A DNA stretch of 64,000 nt from an uncultured Chloroflexia bacterium (GCA_963731995.1 CAVSXV010000004.1:384973-448972), one strand, 5' to 3'; positions 27,757 through 37,315 are shown, counted from the stretch's first letter. Program-made: numbers and translations. The notes: generated by a model from the letters alone, not told the origin.

Positions 27757-28550
27757 GCGATCCGATCGCCGAGCGCTACGCCTTCGGGCAGGAGCTCATC
27801 GTCGAGGCCGCCGCGCTGGCCCAACGCTTCTTCGAGAGCCAGGAGTCGCTGACCGTGCGCTCCAAGGGCACCCAGGACGTGGTCAGCGAGGCGGACACCG
27901 AGGTCGAGCGGCTCATCCGCGACGCCATCGAGGCGCGCTTCCCCGACGACGCCTTCTTCGGCGAGGAGTTCGGCCACAACGCGGTGGACGCCGAGGACAT
28001 CTGGATCGTCGATCCCATCGACGGCACGCAGCCGTTCCTGAAGGAGCTCTCCTCGTGGTGCGTATCGATCGGCTTCGCGCACCAGAACGTCCTCGAGCTG
28101 GGCTTCGTGGCCGCGCCCGCCCGCGACGAGATCTTCGTGGGACGCGTCGGGCACGGCGCGACGCTCAATGGCCGGCCGATCCGGGTCTCGGACAGCACCA
28201 GCCTCGACGACGGCCTGCTCTCGATCGGCATGAGTCCGCGCATCGGAGCGGATGAGATCGTGCCCATCGTGGACAAGCTGCTGCGCCAGGGCGTCGTCTA
28301 CTACCGTGAGGGCTCGGGTGCCCTGTCGCTCTGCTATGTCGCGGCCGGTCGGCTCATCGGCTACATCGAGTCACACCTCAACTCATGGGATGGGGCCGGG
28401 GGCGTGGCCATCGTGAAGGCCGCCGGTGGCAGGGTGAACGACTTCCTCACCGCGGAGTCGCTGCTCAAGGGTGCGCCCATCATCGCCACCAACGAGGCGC
28501 TCTACCCCGCGCTCGAGGCAGCCCTGCCGGACCACGTGCGTCAGCGCTGA
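27753..28550 (+). CDS. inositol monophosphatase family protein
   Basis: ATGA overlap with the ROK stop. DVVSEADTEVERLI...FFGEE...WIVDPIDGTQPF...WDGAGGVAIVKAAGG. Confidence 0.85.
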   Translation: MSDPIAERYAFGQELIVEAAALAQRFFESQESLTVRSKGTQDVVSEADTEVERLIRDAIEARFPDDAFFGEEFGHNAVDAEDIWIVDPIDGTQPFLKELSSWCVSIGFAHQNVLELGFVAAPARDEIFVGRVGHGATLNGRPIRVSDSTSLDDGLLSIGMSPRIGADEIVPIVDKLLRQGVVYYREGSGALSLCYVAAGRLIGYIESHLNSWDGAGGVAIVKAAGGRVNDFLTAESLLKGAPIIATNEALYPALEAALPDHVRQR

Positions 28551-28711
28551 CACCGCGGCGGCCTACCGGCAGCGCACCAGCCCACCGCGGCAGCCTTGTC
28601 TACCTAGGCTGCTCATCCCGTGAGCGATCTCGACCGGGCTGACCGTAAGTTCGTCGATCCTGCCCGCTGGGTGGCCAGTGGCGACACCGCTGCTCACCCG
28701 GCGCACAGGAC

Positions 28712-28911
28712 CAGCCAGGAACCGCGCAGACACGTCGGGATTGCTCGCGTCGTGAGCAGTCCGGCTCGCGACCCGGTGCCGGGGCTGGTGCGAGGTGACG
28801 TCGGTCGGCCGACGGGCTACGAAGCCAGGAACCGCGCAGACACGTCGGGATTGCTCGCGTGGTGAGCAGTCCGGCTCGCGACCCGGGTGCACCAGGGGCT
28901 GGTGCGAGGTG
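28712..28911 (+). repeat. direct duplication of an ~88-nt element (110-nt period) in the pyrB leader
   Basis: 28712-28797 and 28822-28911 align. The first 64 nt have one mismatch (agccaggaaccgcgcagacacgtcgggattgctcgcgt[c/g]gtgagcagtccggctcgcgacccgg), then ggggctggtgcgaggtga follows. Small hairpins lie inside each copy (tgctc-n7-gagca; cgtcgg-tcgg-ccgacg). Confidence 0.8.
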
Positions 28912-28979
28912 AGCAGCCCGGCTCGGGACTCGGCGTACCAGCGACTGGTGCGTCGAGGCAACAGTTCGCTAGACTGAGA

Positions 28980-30083
28980 ATGCCCCCAATGCCCATACCC
29001 GTCGTGCCCTCGGGAGATCGCCCCATGTCCTCCGCGCTTGACAGCGTCGGCGTGTCCACCGGCTCTGCTGCGTTCACTCCACCAGCCATCGATGGCAACC
29101 TCACCGGCAAACACATCGTGTCGGTCGAACAGTTCGCCAGGCCCGATCTGGATGACTTGATCAGGGTCACCGCGGATCTTCGGAACCGCGTGAGGACCGG
29201 CGACCAGTCGGTGCTCAAGCTATGCCGGCGGCGCATCATGGCGACGCTCTTCTTCGAGGCCAGCACTCGTACCGACATGTCCTTCCAGGCGGCCATGCTC
29301 CGCCTCGGCGGCGAAGTCGTGGCCACCGCCGGTGGCGTCAAGTTCAGCTCCGTCTACAAGGGCGAGAACCTGGCCGACTCGGTGCGCGCCGCCGGTAGCT
29401 ACGCCGACGTGGTCGTGCTGCGCCACCCGGAGGTCCGCTCCTCGTACGAGGCGGCCTACCAGCTCGACCAGCTGACCACGCGGCTCGGCACCCGCGCCGT
29501 GGTCGTGAGCGGTGGCGACGGCGTGGGCGAGCATCCCACCCAGGCGCTGCTCGACCTCTTCACCATCGTCGACCACAAGGGCACCGCCGACGGCCAGACC
29601 GTCACGCTCGTGGGCGATCTCGCCCACGGCCGCACGGTCCACTCGCTGGCCAAGCTGCTTGCGCTCTACGGAGCAGAGGGGCTGCGTCTGGAGCTGGTCT
29701 CGCCCGAGTCGCTGCGGACACCGCAGGGCGTCATCGACTTCGTCAAGGCGCGCGGCGTGGAGGTCCACGAGACGAGCTCGCTCGACGAGGTCATCGGCAG
29801 CAGCGACGTCATCTACTGGACCCGCGTCCAGGAGGAGCGTTTCGAGGACAGGGCCGACTACGACGCCATCGCGGGCGACTTCGTGATGACGCCCGAGGTC
29901 CTGGCCGGGGCCGGCGGCGATGCCATCCTCATGCACCCGCTGCCGCGCAAGCACGAGATGGGTACCGAAGCCGATCACGCCATCCTCGACAACGACCCGA
30001 GGGCGGTCTACTTCCACCAGATGCAGAACGGCATGTACATGCGCATGGCCCTGCTGGCTGGTGTGCTCGGAGCGCACGAGTAG
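28980..30083 (+). CDS. pyrB: aspartate carbamoyltransferase catalytic chain
   Basis: LFFEASTRTDMSF, VVVLRHPE, GDGVGEHPTQALLDL, LVGDLAHGRTVHS, WTRVQEERF, MHPLPR. Alternative in-frame ATGs occur at 28989 and 29025; the ORF is open from 28887. Confidence 0.9.
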   Translation: MPPMPIPVVPSGDRPMSSALDSVGVSTGSAAFTPPAIDGNLTGKHIVSVEQFARPDLDDLIRVTADLRNRVRTGDQSVLKLCRRRIMATLFFEASTRTDMSFQAAMLRLGGEVVATAGGVKFSSVYKGENLADSVRAAGSYADVVVLRHPEVRSSYEAAYQLDQLTTRLGTRAVVVSGGDGVGEHPTQALLDLFTIVDHKGTADGQTVTLVGDLAHGRTVHSLAKLLALYGAEGLRLELVSPESLRTPQGVIDFVKARGVEVHETSSLDEVIGSSDVIYWTRVQEERFEDRADYDAIAGDFVMTPEVLAGAGGDAILMHPLPRKHEMGTEADHAILDNDPRAVYFHQMQNGMYMRMALLAGVLGAHE

Positions 30084-30110
30084 CGACCGAAACGACGGGG
30101 AGCGACGGGC

Positions 30111-31184
30111 GTGACGACTCTGCGGATCCCGGGCGCAGTGGACCCGCATGTCCACCTGCGCGACATGGACTGGGCCCACAAGGCCACCGTCGAGCGCGAG
30201 ACCGCGGCGGCCCTCGCGGGCGGCTACTGGGCCGTGCTCGACATGCCCAATACACCGCCCAACACCACGACCGCCGAGCGCATGCGTGCCAAGTGCGGCT
30301 TCGTCGCTGCCCGAGCTCGTTGCGACTTCGGGCTGTACCTGGGCGCCGACGCTGCGGCTGACGGCTCCGAGTACATGCGCGGTGCGCCGGACGCGGTCGG
30401 GCTCAAGATGTACTGCGACCACACCACCGGCTCGTTGTTGCTCGCCGACCAGGAGAGCCGCCGCCGGCACCTGCGCGCGTGGGCCGCGGCGACGGACAAG
30501 CCGGTCGCCGTCCACGCCGAGGGGGACACGCTGCGAGCGGTCTTGCAGCTGGTCCGCGAGGAACGAGTCCGCGTCCACTGCTGCCACGTCAGCCTCGCCT
30601 CCGAGATCCTCCTGTTGCGCGAGGCCAAGGCGGACGGCCTGCCGGTCAGCGTGGGGGTGACGCCCCACCATCTCTACCTGGACGCTGCCGACCGTGAACG
30701 GCTCGGCGGCTTCGCCATGGTCAAGCCGCCGCTGAAGACCGACGCCGATCGCGAAGCTCTGTGGGCCGCCGTGCTCGACGGCACCGTCGACACCATCGAG
30801 AGCGACCATGCGCCGCACACCCGCGAGGAGAAGTCGTCGGCGGACCCGCCCTTCGGTCTGCCCGGCCTGGAGACGACGGTGCCATTGATGGTCACCGCCA
30901 TGCGCGACCGCGGGCTGACCGAGCAACGGCTCATCGAGCTGCTCGCGAGCAACGCTCAGCGGCTCTTCGGCCTCGTGCGCCCGCCCGAGACGGAAACGCT
31001 CATCGACATCGAGTCGAGCTACGTCATCAGCGACGACGAGCTGCGCTGCAGCTCTGGCTGGTCGCCCTTCTCGGGCATGCGTGTCCGGGGCCGCGTGACA
31101 GAGGTCAGGGTGCGGGGTCGCGTCGTCTTCGACGGCGAGGACGTCATCGCCCAGGCGGGTGAGGGGAGGCGCCTGATCCCGTGA
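30111..31184 (+). CDS. pyrC: dihydroorotase, short CAD-like type
   Basis: GAVDPHVHLRDMDWAHK...AALAGGYWAVLDMPNTPP...VGLKMYCDHTTGSL (carboxylated-Lys position)...VAVHAEG...VHCCHVS...IESDHAPH. Confidence 0.85.
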   Translation: MTTLRIPGAVDPHVHLRDMDWAHKATVERETAAALAGGYWAVLDMPNTPPNTTTAERMRAKCGFVAARARCDFGLYLGADAAADGSEYMRGAPDAVGLKMYCDHTTGSLLLADQESRRRHLRAWAAATDKPVAVHAEGDTLRAVLQLVREERVRVHCCHVSLASEILLLREAKADGLPVSVGVTPHHLYLDAADRERLGGFAMVKPPLKTDADREALWAAVLDGTVDTIESDHAPHTREEKSSADPPFGLPGLETTVPLMVTAMRDRGLTEQRLIELLASNAQRLFGLVRPPETETLIDIESSYVISDDELRCSSGWSPFSGMRVRGRVTEVRVRGRVVFDGEDVIAQAGEGRRLIP

Positions 31185-32302
31185 TGCTCGAGCTCTACGA
31201 GCTGGCTTGGCGACCGGCAGCCGCGCTCATCGCCCGCACCGATGCGATGACGGCGCACGCCCTTACGGTCTCGATGATGCGCACGTTCGATGGGACCGGC
31301 CCGCTGCTCGGGGTCGTCCGACGGCTCAGCGCAGCCACCTTCCCGAAGCGGCCCACGCGGGTCGGCGGCGTGGACTTGCCCTACCCGCTCATCCTCGCTG
31401 CCGGCCTGGTCAAGGGTGACGGCTTCAGCCGCGAGGAAGAGGCGCTCGCCGCGGTCCGTGCAGGACAGGACATCATCCCCGGCTGGCGGTCGGCTCCGGC
31501 GTTGGTGGGGCCGGTCGAGTTCGGCTCCTATACCCGACACCCTCGTCTGGGCAACAGCGGACGCGTCCTCTGGCGCGACAGCGCGGCTGGCTGGATGCAG
31601 AACCGCGTGGGCCTGCGCAATCCCGGTGCCCGCGCGGCCTCCGCTCACCTTGCCCGCCACGCTGCCGAGCTGCCGGGGGTGTGGGGCCTCAACCTCGCGG
31701 TCAGCCCGGGCGTCTCCGATCCGGCGCAGAGTCGCGACGAGATCGTCGAGGCCGCCGGCTTCTTCCGCGACGCCTTCGCCGGTCTCGAGGCCGGCCCCTC
31801 GTGGTTGACGCTCAACCTCTCGTGTCCCAACACCGAGGACGACCCGCGCGGGGTCGGTTCGGCGGAGCTGGCGCGCGTGCTCTGCGGCGCCCTCGTCGAG
31901 ACGGCCAAGGTGCCGGTGTGGGCCAAGATCGGTCCTGATCTCTCGGACCAGCAGCTGGCGGGCCTCGTCGCGGCCTTCGCCCAGACCGGTGTGCGCGCGG
32001 TCGTGGCCACCAACACCCAGGCCCGTCCCGTGCCCGGCGGCCACGGCTTGGCCGGTGTCAGTGGCTCGCGCCTGCGGTCCAGCGCGCTCGACGTGGTCGC
32101 GCGACTGAACCGGACCATCGATGTGTCCGGGCTGCCCCTCGACATCATCGCCGGCGGCGGCATCCTCGAGGGGACCGACCTGCGCGCATTCCGGGCGGCC
32201 GGTGCTCGAGCCGCGATGCTCTACACCGCGATGGTGCTGCGCGGTCCGCTGGCGGCGGCGCTGATCCTGCGAGAAGCCGAAGAGGGAGAGCCAGATGCCT
32301 GA
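31181..32302 (+). CDS. pyrD: dihydroorotate dehydrogenase (quinone-type, class 2-like)
   Basis: GTGATG at 31181-31186 overlaps the pyrC stop. ...LILAAGLVKGDG...VEFGSYT...NRVGLRNPGA...LNLSCPNT...VWAKIGPD...VVATNT...GVSGSRL...IIAGGGI. Confidence 0.85.
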   Translation: MMLELYELAWRPAAALIARTDAMTAHALTVSMMRTFDGTGPLLGVVRRLSAATFPKRPTRVGGVDLPYPLILAAGLVKGDGFSREEEALAAVRAGQDIIPGWRSAPALVGPVEFGSYTRHPRLGNSGRVLWRDSAAGWMQNRVGLRNPGARAASAHLARHAAELPGVWGLNLAVSPGVSDPAQSRDEIVEAAGFFRDAFAGLEAGPSWLTLNLSCPNTEDDPRGVGSAELARVLCGALVETAKVPVWAKIGPDLSDQQLAGLVAAFAQTGVRAVVATNTQARPVPGGHGLAGVSGSRLRSSALDVVARLNRTIDVSGLPLDIIAGGGILEGTDLRAFRAAGARAAMLYTAMVLRGPLAAALILREAEEGEPDA

Positions 32303-32928
32303 GGACACGCGGGCCGCAACGGTCGCCCGCGCGCTGCTGGCGGCCGGCACGGTCATGCTCACCCCCCACGAGCCAGTCACCTTCAAGTCAGGCCTGCGCT
32401 CCCCGGTCTACGTCGACAACCGACGACTCATCTTCGAGCCCGATCCGTGGCGCGTCGTCATCAGCGCCTTCGCAGCGGCGCTGCCCGAGGGCCAGCCGGT
32501 CATCGCCGGCGTGGAGAGCGCCGGTATCCCCCATAGCAGCGCGCTGGCCTTCTCGACCGGCCTGCCCTCGGTCTTCGTGCGCAAGACAGCCAAGGGACAC
32601 GGTCTCGGTCGCCGTATCGAGGGCGGCGACGTCGCAAGGGCGCCGGGTGATCCTGGTCGAGGATATGGTCACCACCGGCGGCTCGAGCCTATCAGCGGTG
32701 AAGGCCTTGCGAGCCGCGGGCGCGGAGGTCACCGACTGCCTCGCCATCATCACCTACGGCTTCGCCGAAGCGATCGCCGCGTTCGATGCGGCCGGCGTGA
32801 CCCTGACCACGCTGACCACCTTCGAGACGGTCGTGGCCCAGGCCCTTGAGGCCGGCGCCATCGACGAACCGGAAGCTGGGCTCGTCCGCTCGTGGCTGGC
32901 TGCTCCTCATGGCTGGGACGGCCGATGA
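32295..32928 (+). pseudogene. pyrE: orotate phosphoribosyltransferase with one apparent +1 insertion
   Basis: MPEDTRAATVARALLAAGTVMLTPHEPVTFKSGLRSPVYVDNR...IAGVESAGIPHSSALA...RIEGGDVA | (G)RRVILVEDMVTTGGSSL (PRPP loop)...The extra base lies in caaggg at about 32636-32640. Start overlaps the pyrD stop; stop overlaps the pyrF start. Confidence 0.8.
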
Positions 32929-33746
32929 CCGCTGCTGCGCTGGCCAAGCTCGAGGCTCGCATGGGCAGCACCGGTTCACTGCTGTGCGTCGGTCTCGACA
33001 GCGCCCATGGCCGCCTGCCGGCTCGGTTCGATCGCGAGAACCATCCGCAGCTCGCCTTCAACCGCTCGATCATCGAGCAGACGCTGCCCTACGTCGCTGC
33101 CTACAAGCCCAACCTCGCCTTCTACGAGGCGCGGGGCGCGGCCGGCTGGAGCGAGCTGGCCAAGACCATGGAGCTGCTGCGGGCCCTGGCCCCGGACGTC
33201 TTCACCATCGCCGATGCCAAGCGCGCGGACATCGGCTCGACCAACGCCGGCTACGTCACCGGCCTCTTCGACGAGCTCGGCTTCGACGCCGTCACGCTCC
33301 ACCCGTACCTGGGCGCGGAGGCGCTGCGGCCGTTTCTCGACCGGGAGGACAAGGCCTGCATCGTGCTCTGTCGCACCAGCAACGCCGGCGCCGGCGAGCT
33401 GCAGGACCTCGACGTCGGTGGCGTACCGCTGTGGGAGGTCGTGGCCGCCAAGGTCCGCGACGAGTGGAACGCGAATGGTAACTGCCTGCTCGTGGTCGGC
33501 GCTACCTATCCCGAGGAGCTGGCCCGTGCGCGTGAGCTGTGCCCCGATCTCGCCTTCCTGGTACCCGGCGTGGGCGCCCAGGGTGGCGATGTCGAGAGCG
33601 TCGTGGCCGCTGGACTCGACGCCCGAGGCCGCGGGCTGCTCATCAACGCCTCCCGCTCGATCATCTTCGCGGACGACCCCGGCGCGGAAGCGAGGGCCTT
33701 GCGCGACGCCATCCGGGAAGCGGTAGCCCGGGCGGTTGCGGTGTGA
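32925..33746 (+). CDS. pyrF: orotidine-5'-phosphate decarboxylase, type 2
   Basis: ATGA overlap with pyrE. LCVGLDS...AAYKPNLAFYEA...FTIADAKRADIGSTN...DAVTLHPYLG...LCRTSN...VVGATYP...LVPGVGAQGG. Confidence 0.85.
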   Translation: MTAAALAKLEARMGSTGSLLCVGLDSAHGRLPARFDRENHPQLAFNRSIIEQTLPYVAAYKPNLAFYEARGAAGWSELAKTMELLRALAPDVFTIADAKRADIGSTNAGYVTGLFDELGFDAVTLHPYLGAEALRPFLDREDKACIVLCRTSNAGAGELQDLDVGGVPLWEVVAAKVRDEWNANGNCLLVVGATYPEELARARELCPDLAFLVPGVGAQGGDVESVVAAGLDARGRGLLINASRSIIFADDPGAEARALRDAIREAVARAVAV

Positions 33747-33835
33747 GGGAACCGGGGCTTGCGGATGACATCACCGCCCTAATCGACGCTGGTGGTGGGC
33801 GGTCCCCTGTGTCGATCCAGGGAATCTGGTGATGG

Positions 33836-34987
33836 TCAGTCCACGAGGTACTCGTAGGTGATGACCATCTCATCGCCGGGCTCGACGCTGATGGGCCAGC
33901 GCATGATGTTGCCCGGGTCGCGCTGCGGGTCGATCGATGCCTTCAGCTCCTCCGCCTGGGGCGGCAGGTAGTCGACCACGTCCATGTGGACGGTGGTGGG
34001 AGTGAAGTTCTCGATGCTGAGCGTGACCTCGTACTGGTAGTCGAAGCGGCCCTGGGCGATGGCGTTCTGCGTCTGCTCGCGCTTGACCCGCACGTCCTGC
34101 AGGTGGCCGATGGTCACGCTGCCTTCGCCACCGACGGGCGTGAGCTCGATGAAGTCGCTGCCGATGAAGAGCCCGTCCTGGTAGTTGCGCACGACGCCTT
34201 CGCTGAAGGGCTGGTCGCTTTCGTTCTTGACCTTGTAGATGACCGTGACCTGCTGGTCGGTGGGCGCGTTCCAGAGGTGGAGCCGACGGGCCGGCAGCTG
34301 CTGACCCACGAGCTGGGCATAGATGGTGTCGCCCGGCTCCGCGGTGAGCTGCCCGATGTCGTAGGTGTGCTGGATGTCGACCTGGCCCACCGGTGCGCTG
34401 AGCGACAGGGTGTCCGCCTCCGCGAAGCCCGCCAGCTTCTGGTTGGCCGACAGCTCGGCCGCGGGTGCGATGGGCTGGTTGAGATCGACCATGCCGGCCA
34501 CGAGCTGCGTGTCCACGTCGTCGAGTTCGAGCGAGCTGTCGCTGATTTCGGCGAAGTAGTCGAAGCCGACGGTATCGTCAGCGTCCGCGCCGAGCCACAT
34601 GTCGTACGTCGGACGCCAGCTGACACCGCCGAGCAGGTACTCCATCGAGATGTCGCGCAGCTCCGAGTCGGTGGCCGACTGCCACTTGATGGTGGGCTGA
34701 CCAGCGCCGTAGTTGAGCCGGTAGTTCGAGACTCGCTCACCGTTCTCGCGCAGCACGAGCGTGTCGGGGTAGACCGTCTGCGGCAGCACGATGCGCACGT
34801 CGACACCGCCGGGCAACGCGACCTCATCACGCGCGTAGGCCACGTTGTTGAGGAAGACCGCGACCCTGTCAGGAGCGCTGGTGTAGCTGATGGAGTCGTC
34901 GATCGCCGCACTGGCGGCGCCAGCGGAGGCACCGACGAGCAGGCTCGTGGAGATGGCCGCAGCGACCGAGGTTCGGATGGCACGCAT
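33836..34987 (-). CDS. secreted protein, DUF4139-like (family assignment tentative)
   Basis: Start ATG 34987: MRAIRTSVAAAISTSLLVGASAGAASA (signal). ...DRVAVFLNNVAYARDEVALPGGVDVRIVLPQTVYPDTLVLRENGERV...VTVIYKVKNESDQPF... Confidence 0.7.
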   Translation of the reverse strand: MRAIRTSVAAAISTSLLVGASAGAASAAIDDSISYTSAPDRVAVFLNNVAYARDEVALPGGVDVRIVLPQTVYPDTLVLRENGERVSNYRLNYGAGQPTIKWQSATDSELRDISMEYLLGGVSWRPTYDMWLGADADDTVGFDYFAEISDSSLELDDVDTQLVAGMVDLNQPIAPAAELSANQKLAGFAEADTLSLSAPVGQVDIQHTYDIGQLTAEPGDTIYAQLVGQQLPARRLHLWNAPTDQQVTVIYKVKNESDQPFSEGVVRNYQDGLFIGSDFIELTPVGGEGSVTIGHLQDVRVKREQTQNAIAQGRFDYQYEVTLSIENFTPTTVHMDVVDYLPPQAEELKASIDPQRDPGNIMRWPISVEPGDEMVITYEYLVD

Positions 34988-35274
34988 GTGGGCTCCTTCG
35001 CATGAAGGCGTGCCGCAACACGGGCACGCAGCACCCCTGAGACGCATGAGGCGCCCGGCTGGTTCCGGCCGCGGTATCGGCGGCGTCGCTCGATGGTCCG
35101 CGCGCCGGAGTGCTCACCCCTCCACCGTGCACGGCTCGACCACCCGAATGTCCTACTGACACCGTGGAGGTCGCCCGCGAACATGGTGGCAGGTCTGCCG
35201 TGAGGCAGTCTCATGTAGCTAGCCACTTCCGTAGCCTGTCCGTCGGGCGGAGCCCGACATCGGAGTCAACCGGC

Positions 35275-36318
35275 ATGAATGACATCCCCATGGCACCGCC
35301 CGTCGGGGTGGCACCACCTGGGATAGCGCAGATCGGCAAGACCGCCGCCGCGCTCGATCTGGGCAGTGCCAGGGTCCTGATCGCCGACCGGGACGTCATG
35401 AGTCACCGTGTCGTCTCCTCGATCCTGGCGCAGGCCGGCTATGACATCGTCGATGTCGATGGTGAAAGTGGGGCCGTGCTGGCAGCGCTCGAGGCGAACG
35501 CGGTCGATGTCGTCCTGCTTGACGTCATGGTCGCCGACTCCACCGGCGGCGATGTCATGCAGAAGATCCATCGCGACCGTCGGTACGTCGATCTGCCCAT
35601 CGTCCTGCTGAGCAGCCCGTCGAACCACGATGCCGCGATCGCCGCGCTCAGCAAGGGCGCCGACGACGTCATCCTGAAGCCGGTCGATCCGCACGTCCTG
35701 GTGGCCCGGATCAAGGCCGCGCTGCGCACTCGCCGCGCGATGCTGGGCATGGAGGCCGCCCACCAGGTGATCACCACGCTGGCCAAAGAGATGAACGCTC
35801 GTGACAGCGACATCCAGCGCCACACCGAGCGCATCGGTGAGTACGCGGCCGAGCTCGGACGGAGGGTCGGGCTCTCAGCCGCTGACCTGAACGCGGTCGC
35901 CTACAGCATCCTGCTCCATGACCTCGGGCGCATCGGCATCTCCGAGTCGATCCTGCTCAAGCGGGGACCGCTCAACGACGAGGAACGAGAAGCGGTCAAA
36001 CGACACACCGAGATCGGCGAGCGCATCGCGGCGCCATTGTCCGGTGCTGAGCGCTTCGGCCCCATCATCCGCCACCACCACGAGCGCTGGGACGGACGGG
36101 GCTACCCCGACGGGCTGGTTGGCGAGGCGATCCCGACGGGCGCGCGCATCATCAGTATCGTCGACGCCTTCGACGCCATGACGCAGTTCCGGCCGTACCG
36201 TGAACCAAAGTCGGTGGCCGAGGCCATCGCCGAGCTCCGACGCGAGCGTGGCCAACAGTTCGATCCGCAGCTGGTGAACGAATTCGTCCAGGTCATCGAG
36301 TGGGACGGCCTGGCCTAG
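35275..36318 (+). CDS. response regulator with HD-GYP output domain (c-di-GMP phosphodiesterase type)
   Basis: REC: VLIADRD...DVVLLDVMV...PIVLLSS...VILKPV. HD-GYP: QRHTERIGEYA...LLHDLGRIGI...HHERWDGRGYPDGL...SIVDAFDAMT. Confidence 0.85.
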   Translation: MNDIPMAPPVGVAPPGIAQIGKTAAALDLGSARVLIADRDVMSHRVVSSILAQAGYDIVDVDGESGAVLAALEANAVDVVLLDVMVADSTGGDVMQKIHRDRRYVDLPIVLLSSPSNHDAAIAALSKGADDVILKPVDPHVLVARIKAALRTRRAMLGMEAAHQVITTLAKEMNARDSDIQRHTERIGEYAAELGRRVGLSAADLNAVAYSILLHDLGRIGISESILLKRGPLNDEEREAVKRHTEIGERIAAPLSGAERFGPIIRHHHERWDGRGYPDGLVGEAIPTGARIISIVDAFDAMTQFRPYREPKSVAEAIAELRRERGQQFDPQLVNEFVQVIEWDGLA

Positions 36319-36896
36319 CCACGACCTCCGGTCACATCGATGTCGATCTTGATCGCGATCGGTATCGACCGTTCGAGTGCGTCGTGGATGGGGCAGTGGG
36401 AGATGCCCCACTCGGCCAGTTCGCGCAGGGCAGCCTCCTCAACGCCATCTGCCGCAAGATGGACGCGGACGCGGGCGCTGAGCGGGCCGGCGGGGACCGA
36501 GTCATCGAGTCCCAGGATCCCGCGGTCGTCCGAAACCGAGTCAAACTCGACCTTCAAGCTCGTGAGCGAGATCCCGAGGACGGCGGCGCGCATCGCTATC
36601 ACCGTGGCCACGCAGCTCGCTTCGGCCGCCCGCAACAGCCAGCCTGGCGATGGGGCCGAGTCGGCCCCACCGACTGACCGCACCATGTCGGTGGTCAGTT
36701 CCTCGTCACCAGGTCCCGTGACCCGCACTGCGAGTCCATCGAGGAGCGTCGCGGTGGCGATGCTGTCGACAGCCTTCGCATCGGCAGGGTTGTTGCGTAA
36801 GTAGGTGGAAGCCACCTCGATCGCGTCCGCGATGCGCTCGTTCGCCATGATCGTCCCTCGTAGCTCCTGGCGGGCCTGGGCGTTGACGTCAGACAT
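36315..36896 (-). CDS. OsmC/Ohr family protein
   Basis: ...PGWLLRAAEASCVATVIAM...ELAEWGISHCPIHDAL carries the two conserved Cys of the OsmC fold. Confidence 0.8.
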   Translation of the reverse strand: MSDVNAQARQELRGTIMANERIADAIEVASTYLRNNPADAKAVDSIATATLLDGLAVRVTGPGDEELTTDMVRSVGGADSAPSPGWLLRAAEASCVATVIAMRAAVLGISLTSLKVEFDSVSDDRGILGLDDSVPAGPLSARVRVHLAADGVEEAALRELAEWGISHCPIHDALERSIPIAIKIDIDVTGGRG

Positions 36897-36967
36897 GGTA
36901 CTCAGCGCGCCGACGGGTCAGGACCAGGACTCTGGCAACTCCCCGTTGGGCAAGGGCCACGGACCAG

Positions 36968-37315
36968 CTACGCCTCGGCGGGCAGGAGCTCGAAGGTCTC
37001 GGCGATGGAACGCCAGCCATCGTGGGGTGGCTCGTCGGACTGACAGAGGAGCGCCGCCGCCGCGTCTCGACGAGCTCGACGGTCTGGTGGGCTGCTCGTT
37101 CGGCGGAGGGCGACTCCCTCCATGCGTGCGAAGTGGCAGACCTGTCGAGCGGCCACGTCGGTCGGCCAGATCCCGGTCGAGTGTCGAAGCTGCTCAGCGG
37201 GCCAGATGCGCCACGCCACCGGGAGCGTGACGGCCAGGCTGGCCCCTGGGGTCTCGAGGATCTGAGCAACCTCGTCCTCGGCGGTCGACCATCGAGGTGC
37301 GGCGGTCGATGTCAT
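36968..37315 (-). pseudogene. degraded paralogue of the 39571-39978 hypothetical protein
   Basis: Shares STGIWPTDVAARQVCHFARMEG with STAIPGTDVAAGQICDSSLMED of the 39.6-kb gene. The following conserved SAERAAHQTVELVE is readable only in a second frame (ORF 36889-37269). About 85 nt (37101-37185) are roughly 80% identical to 39793-39877. Confidence 0.45.

Noticed and set aside
28551-28979. Known PyrR-binding attenuator or another known riboswitch in the pyr leader.
   Set aside because: I cannot find the PyrR loop consensus (..UCCAGAGAGG..) or any riboswitch core I recognise. I therefore report it only as an uncharacterised duplicated element.
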